A stretch of 64,000 bases of DNA, from sequence record LC727699.1. The stretch is one strand, 5' to 3'. Shown here in pieces: positions 18,661 to 27,565 of this stretch. Each line of letters begins with the position of its first letter. Within the stretch, counting starts at the first letter, position 1. Both the position numbers and the translations under genes were made by a program. The notes under the pieces are model-generated. The model had not been told where the DNA came from and searched no databases. It saw only the letters and a list, made by a program, of their open reading frames with translations.

Positions 18661-19156
18661 ATTTAGTTAACGGCTTGTTTAATTCATTTAACTGGTTATT
18701 GTTATTAACAGCTTCATTATGGGTAATATTTCTACATAATTCAATTATGTATTCTACCTCAGAATAAGCTAATTCAAAGAATTCAGTTAATGACATATTA
18801 GATAAGCTACCTACTTTATACTTGAAGAAATCTCTAGTCAGTCTCCTTCTCAACCCACCTTCGATAAAGTCCTCTTTAGGATTTACCTTATTTAACCACA
18901 TGGGTCCGTTTTCTGGTGAACCGATATCGTAATCAAGTAGATATGCTTCTCTTGTTAAACGTGCTGCTGTAGACGGTCTTACTGCCCCTACTGTCGATAA
19001 TAGTCTATCTAAGTGTGTATCATCTTCAGTTAACTTATCATAACCAAAGTTTGGATGTAGGATGTGACCACTATCTTCCTTGAAAGTGGCCTCAAGACGA
19101 CTATATCTCAGATCATTAACTACACCATCCGGTTTGACTTCGAGGCCGCCAAAGTA
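18659..19156 (-). CDS. gp76-position frame: 165 sense codons open, first ATG only at 18901; probable -1 frameshift extension of the upstream gene
   Basis: Frame read manually from the T7 run: YFGGLEVKPDGVVNDLRYSRLEAT...GSPENGPMWLNKVNPKEDFIEGGLRRRL...PLTK*; no ATG/GTG/TTG in the first 85 codons. Confidence 0.65.
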   Translation of the reverse strand, partial: YFGGLEVKPDGVVNDLRYSRLEATFKEDSGHILHPNFGYDKLTEDDTHLDRLLSTVGAVRPSTAARLTREAYLLDYDIGSPENGPMWLNKVNPKEDFIEGGLRRRLTRDFFKYKVGSLSNMSLTEFFELAYSEVEYIIELCRNITHNEAVNNNNQLNELNKPLTK

Positions 19157-20721
19157 AAAAAAGTTGACAGCATGTCAATAGGGATTAAGTGTGGGAAACG
19201 TTCTTTAAATTTAGTAGCAGCAGGTGACTCACATACTGGACAATTCCAACTTGTAATTGCAATCATTCCAATTAGTTGTGAATCAATGAAGTTACTCACC
19301 GCATTAATAAAGCGGTCATTATATTCCGGTGTGGATAGAATATTAGTTAAGAACTTTTCAATAGTTTCACGATTAGTGGTTGCAGTACGAATATTGTCTT
19401 CAGAACTTTCACCATCGTCATCTTCACGTACTTTAATTTCTTTAACAAAATGTGAGAACTGACGGGCAATAGAGATCTTTTGTAAACGTGCAATATACTG
19501 AGAACGTTGCGGACCATCGACTGGTTCATTAAAACTACCTTGAGTCATATCGATAATTGAGTTAATCCAACTATCACCAGACTCTCGGCGATCAGCAATT
19601 GTACACATCTCAAGAACAACACCAACGTCACCAAACATTTCAGTTACTTGAGTTTCAATACGGAATCCTTCTTTATAAGTCTTAAGATCAGATTCAGTAC
19701 ATGCATTAAACTTACGTGCAATATATTTCTTTTGTTCTTCTGAGAATGCCAGTAGATCATATTGAACAAGCGTTGACATATTAAGTTTCGCTGTTTCAAT
19801 ATGGTTACATGTATTGGCATCTGCAATGCATGGATAACTATAATTAAATCCATCTGGATACATAGTCGCCGCTAGTGCGTGATGCAAGAACGGCTCATCA
19901 GCTACTGAGATAACATGCTCTAGATCAGTTGGGGTGTTGAACTTATAGTTGGATTGAATAACACATGCAAGTGCTAAACTACTAACCATGTTAAGTAACA
20001 CAGCTGCCATGTTTGAGAACAGCATACCTTTTGATTCAGCGCCTAGCCGGATCTTTAATTGTGCTAGACGTGCTTGTAGGGCAGCTACTTCAGTACCAGT
20101 AGGTGCACGTAGTTTTACCCAAATACCTGAATGAGGTAGGAAAGTATCATATGGCGTACCGATGTTAGCTTTACGTGTTAGGAAAACTAGAGTTTCATCA
20201 TCGGTCATTTTACGACCATTGGTATTAAATACAGGTCGGCCAGGTCGAATGATCTTTTCACCATAAGGAATTTCACTAGACCATTCAGAACCTTCTCGGG
20301 CAGTTGCACCGATTGGTGCATCTTCAACAATAGAGTGAGCTAAGCCTTCCAGAATAGCAGCTGTCCACTTTACACCGTCACTAGTGTCATCTACTTTATT
20401 ATCAGCAAATGCTTTAAATAGTTCTTTATTGTGATCCAGGAAATTATAAACAGTCTGGGGATTCTCACGTAGTAAAGTAAGAATGCTAGCACTATCTTTA
20501 ATAGCCGGTTCAGAAGCATCCCGGATATTTCCAGTTTTAGCATTACGTGGAATACGTAGTTTAATTTCTTTTTGATCAGGAACGAAAGGTGGAGTTTCCA
20601 CCTCGTCATTATTTTCAATACTAGAGTCAGGATCGTGTTGCGCATTGATCTCATCAATTTGATCTAGTAAATTCTCTTCTGGAGTATCATCGTACTCATT
20701 ATCGAAGTCAGCAGTAGCCAT
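19120..20721 (-). CDS. Putative tail/baseplate assembly chaperone (gp77 position, T4 gp26-like)
   Basis: 533-aa ORF; Cys motifs YPCIADANTCNH and WNCPVCESP; family call is inference. Confidence 0.55.
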   Translation of the reverse strand: MATADFDNEYDDTPEENLLDQIDEINAQHDPDSSIENNDEVETPPFVPDQKEIKLRIPRNAKTGNIRDASEPAIKDSASILTLLRENPQTVYNFLDHNKELFKAFADNKVDDTSDGVKWTAAILEGLAHSIVEDAPIGATAREGSEWSSEIPYGEKIIRPGRPVFNTNGRKMTDDETLVFLTRKANIGTPYDTFLPHSGIWVKLRAPTGTEVAALQARLAQLKIRLGAESKGMLFSNMAAVLLNMVSSLALACVIQSNYKFNTPTDLEHVISVADEPFLHHALAATMYPDGFNYSYPCIADANTCNHIETAKLNMSTLVQYDLLAFSEEQKKYIARKFNACTESDLKTYKEGFRIETQVTEMFGDVGVVLEMCTIADRRESGDSWINSIIDMTQGSFNEPVDGPQRSQYIARLQKISIARQFSHFVKEIKVREDDDGESSEDNIRTATTNRETIEKFLTNILSTPEYNDRFINAVSNFIDSQLIGMIAITSWNCPVCESPAATKFKERFPHLIPIDMLSTFFTLAASKSNRMV

Positions 20722-20732
20722 TTAAAACTCCA

Positions 20733-21227
20733 TTATTGTTGAATTAGTTTTTCGTCCCAACCAGCTTCTCGAAGAGTGCCGATCATCGCTAGGATTACAC
20801 CATCAATACCGCGTTCAATAGCACCTTCAATACCAGTATATTTAGTAACAAGCTCACCGATGAGTTTTAGCTCATCTTCATTATTTGCCGGACCAACCTT
20901 ACCTTGATGTTGTGCATATAGGACACTGATAATTTTAGTTAGTCGATTAAGGTCAGCAATAACTGTTTGTAGGTTCTTTTGGAATCCAGTAGGATCAGAT
21001 AACGTCGGAATAATTTCATTGATCTTATTAATAACTGGATTAATGAATACTTCAGTTTGTAGAATACGCTTACCTACAGAACCTGCTAGTACATTGACAA
21101 CATCCCAACCATCGCGGTTAAGAATATGATCAGCTGCGGCAGCTGATGCTCCAACTGCACGTTCAAATAGACGTAGCGTCTTTTCCTGTTCTTTAGTTAG
21201 AGTTGGTTCTTTAGCTTTATTTGACAT
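20733..21227 (-). CDS. Hypothetical helical protein (gp78 position)
   Basis: 164-aa ORF with GGA SD. Confidence 0.7.
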   Translation of the reverse strand: MSNKAKEPTLTKEQEKTLRLFERAVGASAAAADHILNRDGWDVVNVLAGSVGKRILQTEVFINPVINKINEIIPTLSDPTGFQKNLQTVIADLNRLTKIISVLYAQHQGKVGPANNEDELKLIGELVTKYTGIEGAIERGIDGVILAMIGTLREAGWDEKLIQQ

Positions 21228-21398
21228 CTTGTTATACTCCGATAGAGGCTTAATTTAATATTTGCCAATATAAATTGACAAATGAAAAAAATGATTAGTT
21301 CAACATATATTTAACACATTTGGTAATTTTACACTATATTAAAGAATAACTATCTGTCCAACCCTATGTTAATAATTCCGTATAAAAAGGATATCGTC

Positions 21399-22256
21399 AT
21401 GAAAGATTTCATTGATAGTTATCTTACGCCTCTTATACATGAAGAGCGTAAAGAAGTTATCCTAGACTGTGTAGCATCTTTTGAAAAGATCAATTATGTT
21501 GCAGCTCTAGATGAACTAAATACAGTATGTCAGATTCAATCAGGTATCTCAGATAATGCAATGCTTCTTTCTCGCATTGATGATATCATTCGCATTGCAC
21601 AAGATGAAATTCTAAATGAACATCTTATTAAAATTAGTGATGAAGCAACTCAGGCTGAGCGGCAAGCTGTTGTTAATACACTCCTTAGTTTAGAAGATTA
21701 CATTATTCCAGATGAAGTGAATGATATTCTGTTAGCTGAATATTCACCCGAAGAGACATTAGCGCATCTGGTAGAACTTATTGATACAAGTGTAGATTTC
21801 TTAAATATCATTGACTTAATTGAAAGTGTATCGCCAACACTTATTAGTAATATTACATCATTTATTCAGTCAGTACTTACTACCCGTGGTCAAGCATATG
21901 GCAATGTAAGTAATGTCGAACGGATTAATTTAATTAATCGCCTTATTCGTATTCATACGCGTACATCGTTTAAATTAGCTATGGAACTAGTTAATGCGGG
22001 ATTACGTATTGGTAAAAGGAATATTGATGACCTATTACAAATTTCATTTGGCCCATTAGATGCTATGACACCTATTGAAGTTGCTAAAGAAATTGTCGGA
22101 TTGGTATTAATTTCAAATACTGAACAGAATGAAATTAGTAGAACCGTAATGGGTATTATAGATGATTTCACATCTAACAATATTGAACGATCTATTATGG
22201 AAAATGAAGCTAAAAAGATTTTAAATAGCATAGGTGATACTAATGAAATTACGTGA
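21399..22256 (+). CDS. Hypothetical/virion protein (gp79 position); probable start ATG 21399
   Basis: AAGGA SD; upstream TATG at 21365 fits the late-promoter motif. Confidence 0.7.
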   Translation: MKDFIDSYLTPLIHEERKEVILDCVASFEKINYVAALDELNTVCQIQSGISDNAMLLSRIDDIIRIAQDEILNEHLIKISDEATQAERQAVVNTLLSLEDYIIPDEVNDILLAEYSPEETLAHLVELIDTSVDFLNIIDLIESVSPTLISNITSFIQSVLTTRGQAYGNVSNVERINLINRLIRIHTRTSFKLAMELVNAGLRIGKRNIDDLLQISFGPLDAMTPIEVAKEIVGLVLISNTEQNEISRTVMGIIDDFTSNNIERSIMENEAKKILNSIGDTNEIT

Positions 22257-23592
22257 TTATTTTCTAATGGGTATCAATGCTGGATTAGATAAGAAACGAG
22301 CATGGGTTAACGTTTTATTTAATATCGTTTATAACCCAAATGATGGTGGTGAATATCTATACAAGCCATATTTCAAAGATGGTAAAATGTTCTTCTATAA
22401 AGAAGGCGATTCTAATGATGAAGTTGTTTATATCGACGATTATATTGAAGGTAAACAACCATTAGCATTTCGAGATGAATTCATTTTACAACCTGGTGAA
22501 ATTGAAAACTATAAAGGACCAGGTGCATTAAGAACAACTTATGGTAACGTTTTTGTTAACCATTTAGTATTATGTTTACCTTTTGGTGATCTGTTCCCAT
22601 TCCAATCTGGTTATTTCGATATTGGTAAAGTTGAGAAAGAAATTCTTAACCGCATGATCGATGATCCAATTGATGATGATAATCCACCGCGTGCAACTGA
22701 TGGTAAGTTATATGTATGGCAATATCGGATGTTTGCAGATCATTGTTTAGCATTGCCAGCATATGCCAGTACCTTGGTAACATCCATTACTGAGAAATCA
22801 ATGACCTCTGCACCAGACAGAGATAAGTTACGTAAAGAACTAGAAGAGAAATATAAAGATCGGTTAGATGATCCGGCTGTTATTGCAGAAATGGGTAATG
22901 CATTAATCAAGCTAGATGAGGACTATCTAAAAGACGATCCTTCTTATGAGTTCTATGACACTAAACATAGTAAATTATTTGGTGGCGTGCGTAAGAAAGT
23001 ATTTGGTATGTTTGGTGGGGAAGCGCCATTCCAAGATGGTACATCAGTTGAATATATCGGTAAATCATTGGAAGAAGGCATTGACACTGACCATATGCCA
23101 GTAATGAATAACTCATTACGTTATGGTTCATATAACCGTGGTGCACAAACAGCCCTTGGCGGTGAGTCAACTAAAACGATTTATCGAATGGTTGGTACAG
23201 TCAGGATTATTATGGAAGACTGCAATACATGGATAGGTATTCCAACTACTGTTCACCAATTTAATAAGAAAGATTTCATTGGCTTGTCTTATGTTAAGAA
23301 TGGGAAATCTATCCTTATTGAAGAAACTAATATTGATGAACTAGTTGGCACTGAGATTGAACTACGTGGTCCAATGACATGTAAGGCCGGTGGTGATCCA
23401 GCTAATGGTGTAATAGGTAGAGGTAAGAACGTATGTGCTGTCTGTATGGGTAAACAAATGTCAGAGAATCCTAATGGCATACCGGCAGCAGCAGCAGGTG
23501 TTGGTGGTCGATTCCTATCCATCTTCATGTCTAAAATGCACAGTGCTGTTCTTAAGACTGTTAAATGGTCTTATCGCGATCGCATCAGTTAA
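22243..23592 (+). CDS. Virion RNA polymerase beta' C-terminal subunit (phiKZ gp80 homolog)
   Basis: RTTYGNVFVN (beta' TTxGR-like), RGAQTALGG bridge-helix segment, EDC, LRGPMTC...VCAVCMG Zn site, SKMH trigger loop. Confidence 0.85.
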   Translation: MKLRDYFLMGINAGLDKKRAWVNVLFNIVYNPNDGGEYLYKPYFKDGKMFFYKEGDSNDEVVYIDDYIEGKQPLAFRDEFILQPGEIENYKGPGALRTTYGNVFVNHLVLCLPFGDLFPFQSGYFDIGKVEKEILNRMIDDPIDDDNPPRATDGKLYVWQYRMFADHCLALPAYASTLVTSITEKSMTSAPDRDKLRKELEEKYKDRLDDPAVIAEMGNALIKLDEDYLKDDPSYEFYDTKHSKLFGGVRKKVFGMFGGEAPFQDGTSVEYIGKSLEEGIDTDHMPVMNNSLRYGSYNRGAQTALGGESTKTIYRMVGTVRIIMEDCNTWIGIPTTVHQFNKKDFIGLSYVKNGKSILIEETNIDELVGTEIELRGPMTCKAGGDPANGVIGRGKNVCAVCMGKQMSENPNGIPAAAAGVGGRFLSIFMSKMHSAVLKTVKWSYRDRIS

Positions 23593-23654
23593 AATAGATG
23601 GAGAAGTTACTCAGCTTCTCCATTATTTAGATTATAACCCGAAAGGAACTAGTA

Positions 23655-25076
23655 ATGTCTAAAAAGAATCAACGATTTGGAAAGTTTCCTCAACTCAATC
23701 GTTTACCTGAAAAACCTATTGTCAAAGACGAAGTTTTATCAGAAGTAACTGAAGATAAGCCAACTTCTGAAATTGGTCGAGGATTAACAAATATTGAATT
23801 AGTATCTCCTGAGGAAGTATATGCTACAGCAGATGATATTAATTCTTCAGTTAATACAGTTAACGATACCTCAGAATTAGCTAAAGTTAATGTAAATGCA
23901 CTGCGTACTGACCATGATATTCCTGAAACATGGACAGATGAAAACGTCATTGAATGGTTTACCAATGATGGCATTGCTAAAGGTAAAACTGAACTCGGTA
24001 GCTTTGTATTTGACCCAACCCGTAAATATCGTCCTTATGATGAATGGTCAGATGATGAACTAATCGATGCTGCTAACCATCGTCTAACTGGTGTAGTTAA
24101 TGATATTGCCGATATTGCTGATGATATTTTAACTAAAAGGGCTAAAGAGAATGAGACTACTGAGGAAGTAATTGTACCGGTAGTTAATGAAGATACTCTG
24201 AAACAAGATATTCGCAATACTGAAGACAGTATCAAGCTTGAAGAATTAGTCAAGCAACTGCGTATTCACACTAGTGATATTCCACTAGATTGGTCTACCC
24301 AAGAAGTGGTTGATTTTGTTAAACAAGGTATTACTCCACCAAAAACACTACGTGGTAGTTGGGTTAATAGTGTTATTCGTGATAATGCTCCACCTACCGA
24401 TTGGACGACAGCAGAGCTTGAAGACTGGGCTGAAGGACTTATTAAAAATAGTAATCTGATAAAAGATTTTAAAATTGCTATTGAGTTACGCGATCGTTTA
24501 TTCTTACCTACCACTAGTCAAGATATTGAAACTATTGTTGAACAATGGAAAGTATTCTCTGGTAAAGATGATATTAAACCAACCGGGGAAGTTAAAATCT
24601 TGAATAGTGAATCAACATCTAATGAACCTGTACTTCGTAAAGGTATGACCAAAATGAACCAAGTATTTATCGAATCTCGTCTAGAGCAGTTTGCCACTGG
24701 TGCTAAACCTGGTGACTATATCACTATCGAACGTGGTGGCGATGCACAAAAGAAACTAGATGATGTATTCAACTACGTAATGACAATCGAAGATATTGAA
24801 GGCTTTAAATCAGGCATGGATATTATCTTTGATTTCGTTAAGAAAAATCGTAATACTCTATTTAGTGAATCTAACGCACTTCGCTTTGTTGCTACTCTAC
24901 CTACTCAGAATAACCGTCAAGAAGCACACATTAATCTTCTTACTCTATTCTGCCTATTTACTAGTGATGTATCAGATGCGCTTTATCAGGTAGATATTAA
25001 CTATCTTGCACGTTTCATCCCTGAAGGTAAACGGCAACTCGTTCTACACTTCTTCCGGCAGAAAGCTGGTATGTAA
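23655..25076 (+). CDS. Hypothetical protein (gp81 position) with an internal repeat
   Basis: 473-aa ORF; duplicated DIP-x-x-W...W-S/T-x-x-EL module. Confidence 0.75.
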   Translation: MSKKNQRFGKFPQLNRLPEKPIVKDEVLSEVTEDKPTSEIGRGLTNIELVSPEEVYATADDINSSVNTVNDTSELAKVNVNALRTDHDIPETWTDENVIEWFTNDGIAKGKTELGSFVFDPTRKYRPYDEWSDDELIDAANHRLTGVVNDIADIADDILTKRAKENETTEEVIVPVVNEDTLKQDIRNTEDSIKLEELVKQLRIHTSDIPLDWSTQEVVDFVKQGITPPKTLRGSWVNSVIRDNAPPTDWTTAELEDWAEGLIKNSNLIKDFKIAIELRDRLFLPTTSQDIETIVEQWKVFSGKDDIKPTGEVKILNSESTSNEPVLRKGMTKMNQVFIESRLEQFATGAKPGDYITIERGGDAQKKLDDVFNYVMTIEDIEGFKSGMDIIFDFVKKNRNTLFSESNALRFVATLPTQNNRQEAHINLLTLFCLFTSDVSDALYQVDINYLARFIPEGKRQLVLHFFRQKAGM

Positions 25077-25077
25077 A

Positions 25078-25107
25078 CATATCGCCTCCCCTAGGGGAGG
25101 CTTTATG
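25078..25107 (+). terminator. CATAT-hairpin-TTATG element
   Basis: GCCTCCCC-TA-GGGGAGGC stem directly after the stop. Confidence 0.65.
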
Positions 25108-25177
25108 CTGATTATTACTTTTACTAGGCACTAATATAGTACGTAGATAAATATCAATATGTGCTGAGGTTATAGCA

Positions 25178-27094
25178 ATGTCTAATGAACAACAGGTTAC
25201 AAATAAGAAAAAGATTAAGGGCATTGAAGCCAAACATATTACTTATTGTACTGATCAATTTGGTAAGTTTACAGATGCGCATTTCGTTAAAGAACGAATT
25301 CATTTTGAAGATGGTACAACTGCAAATAATTTAAGGATGTGGGAAAACTACCAGCGTCCTTTTTGGATTACCTCAAAAGGAATGCGTAACCATAAAGAAA
25401 AGAAAGATTACGAATATGAGCGTAACTTAGTTAAATACATGTCAACTCAAATTGACATGAAACGTAAGATTAGTAAAATCCTAGGTGACTATTCGGCTAG
25501 ATCTCTTCGTCAACTAGCGCGTAGTCCTTACCTATATGGCAGTGATGTTAGTTCAACCTGTTATCTGAAGCATGATTATCAAGAACGTTATCCTGGTCTA
25601 ATCTCTCTAAACACTGTTGCTGGCGGTGACATCGAGACCAACGTTTATGAAGCTGAGAACGATGGTCAGATTATCTGTATGTCAGTTACACATAAGAACA
25701 AAGCTTTCTTAGCCTATTTAAAACGATGGGTTAGTGATATTGAAGATCCAGTGAAAGAGACATTAGAACAAGCACAAAAAGAAGAGGTATTATCACATCT
25801 AATTAAAGAACGTGGTCTAGATATTGAAGTAATGGTTGTTGAAACACCAGTAGATATTATTATTGAATGTTTTAAACGACTACATACCTGGAAACCAGAT
25901 TTCTTCGCATTCTGGAATATTAGCTTCGACATTGGTAGAATCTTAAAAACATTAGAACACTATGGTGTTAATCCAGCTGATGTTTTTTCTGATCCATCGG
26001 TACCTAAGAATTATAGGTATTTCCATTTTAAGATTGATGAACCTATGACCACCACTGCATCTGGGGTCACTAAATCTAAAGGACCGGAGGATCAATGGCA
26101 TTGGATTACAGCACCCTCTAGTTTTCAATGTATCGATTCTATGTCAACTTATCGAGTAACTCGATTAGCTAAAGGACGTGATCCTAACTATCGGTTAGAG
26201 TCTATTCTTAGAAAAGAACTAAACATCGATAAATCCACGACCATTAAAAATGATAAGGACTTAGAAGATTTTATTGAAGGTTTTAATAAACAACTAGTTG
26301 ACCGACCAGGCGGCGTTATTACTAAATATATTAAAAATGTAGGTAGTAATGAATGGGTACCGGTGGATGATTTTATATTAAATGATAACTTTACCTATGG
26401 TGATTCTATTAGATATGTAATGGAATTTGGTAAGTTAACCTTTAAAGAAACTGCACATCTTGGTGGTATCGATTGGCACCGTGAGATGCAGACTAAGCAT
26501 AAAATCAAATATGGTCTTTATAACATCATCGACTCCATTCGACTAGAACAACTTGATGAACAAGTAAATGACCTTGGTCGCTCTATAAGTCTATTCTCTA
26601 AGGCATCTGACTATAAGAACTTTAGTTCTAACCCAAAACGACTATGTGACGATATGCACTTCTGGTATTTGAATAGACCAGAGCCATGTGTCATTGGTTC
26701 AAGTTCAGATCAGATGGTGCATGAACTTGATCAATATGTTATTGGCCATAATGATTGGATTGTTACACTACCATCATACATGGCAGGTCCAAATGGATTG
26801 CAGTGTGTTAAAGATTTACCGAATTATAAAACCTTAATCTTCTGTCATATCGCCGACCTTGACATCGTGTCGACATATCCTAACGTTAGTCAGATTCTAA
26901 ATATTGCACGTGAAACATGTGTGATGGAATTCTCAATGATGGAAGGAATTAGTGAACACCATCGCCGTGAAGTTGGCGTAAACTTAACAGGTGGTAGGGT
27001 TAATGCTATTGAAATCACACAGAAGATCATGGGTGCTCCTAAAATGGACACCCTGCTAGAGAAGTTTATTAATACCTATAAGAACCCAAAGTAA
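25178..27094 (+). CDS. Family B DNA polymerase N-terminal fragment: 3'-5' exonuclease plus palm motif A (gp82 homolog)
   Basis: ExoI GDIETN, ExoII WNISFDI, ExoIII YNIID, motif A DLDIVSTYPN; no motif B or YGDTDS motif C. Confidence 0.8.
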   Translation: MSNEQQVTNKKKIKGIEAKHITYCTDQFGKFTDAHFVKERIHFEDGTTANNLRMWENYQRPFWITSKGMRNHKEKKDYEYERNLVKYMSTQIDMKRKISKILGDYSARSLRQLARSPYLYGSDVSSTCYLKHDYQERYPGLISLNTVAGGDIETNVYEAENDGQIICMSVTHKNKAFLAYLKRWVSDIEDPVKETLEQAQKEEVLSHLIKERGLDIEVMVVETPVDIIIECFKRLHTWKPDFFAFWNISFDIGRILKTLEHYGVNPADVFSDPSVPKNYRYFHFKIDEPMTTTASGVTKSKGPEDQWHWITAPSSFQCIDSMSTYRVTRLAKGRDPNYRLESILRKELNIDKSTTIKNDKDLEDFIEGFNKQLVDRPGGVITKYIKNVGSNEWVPVDDFILNDNFTYGDSIRYVMEFGKLTFKETAHLGGIDWHREMQTKHKIKYGLYNIIDSIRLEQLDEQVNDLGRSISLFSKASDYKNFSSNPKRLCDDMHFWYLNRPEPCVIGSSSDQMVHELDQYVIGHNDWIVTLPSYMAGPNGLQCVKDLPNYKTLIFCHIADLDIVSTYPNVSQILNIARETCVMEFSMMEGISEHHRREVGVNLTGGRVNAIEITQKIMGAPKMDTLLEKFINTYKNPK

Positions 27095-27462
27095 TATATC
27101 AGTGGAAGCGCCGAGGAGGATATGAATGTTCATCTGTTGGTGACAAAAGATTCTCGGCTCTTTACGCAAGGCTTCCTGATGGCAGAACAATTGAGGAAGC
27201 TTGGCAGTTAGATTGTAAAGGATATCGCATATACTCCAACCATTGGAAAGCTGGTAAAGGAAAACCACCACTAGACGGGTATAATCCCAAATATGATGAT
27301 TATAAAAATCTGTGGAAAGTATGGGCGGTATCTAATAAACATCTAATGGATGAATTGCGTCAGAATGCAAAAGAACATGATAACTATCTTTCTGATGTTT
27401 TTGCTTCTACTGATATTTCACAGGCACGTGCTCTAGCAGAACTACTTAATGAAGGATATTAA
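27094..27462 (+). CDS. Unannotated 122-codon frame without ATG start, NADAR-like motif pattern
   Basis: IYQWKRRGGYECSSVGDKRFSALYARLPDGRTIEEAWQLDCKGY...KGKPP...STDISQARALAELLNEGY*; open from 27082; missed by the ORF track. Confidence 0.7.
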   Translation: MYQWKRRGGYECSSVGDKRFSALYARLPDGRTIEEAWQLDCKGYRIYSNHWKAGKGKPPLDGYNPKYDDYKNLWKVWAVSNKHLMDELRQNAKEHDNYLSDVFASTDISQARALAELLNEGY

Positions 27463-27530
27463 AAAATGGAAGGTATTCCTAATTAAATATTATCAATTGA
27501 TCATTACTGCTAACATAAACTTCGACACAT

Positions 27531-27560
27531 CATAAAACCCTCCCATTACGGGAGGGTTTA
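27531..27560. terminator. Bidirectional hairpin AACCCTCCC-ATTAC-GGGAGGGTT
   Basis: Between convergent genes; CATAA on the 5' side. Confidence 0.7.
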
Positions 27561-27565
27561 TTTCG

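Noticed and set aside
19064-19462. 132-aa plus-strand ORF
   Set aside because: Antisense to the gp77-like gene and its frameshift extension; no SD or motif
27122-27211. 29-aa ORF MNVHLLVTKDSRLFTQGFLMAEQLRKLGS with GAGGAGG SD
   Set aside because: The apparent SD is encoded by Arg-Gly-Gly codons of the longer, motif-bearing overlapping frame; kept only as a low-probability alternative
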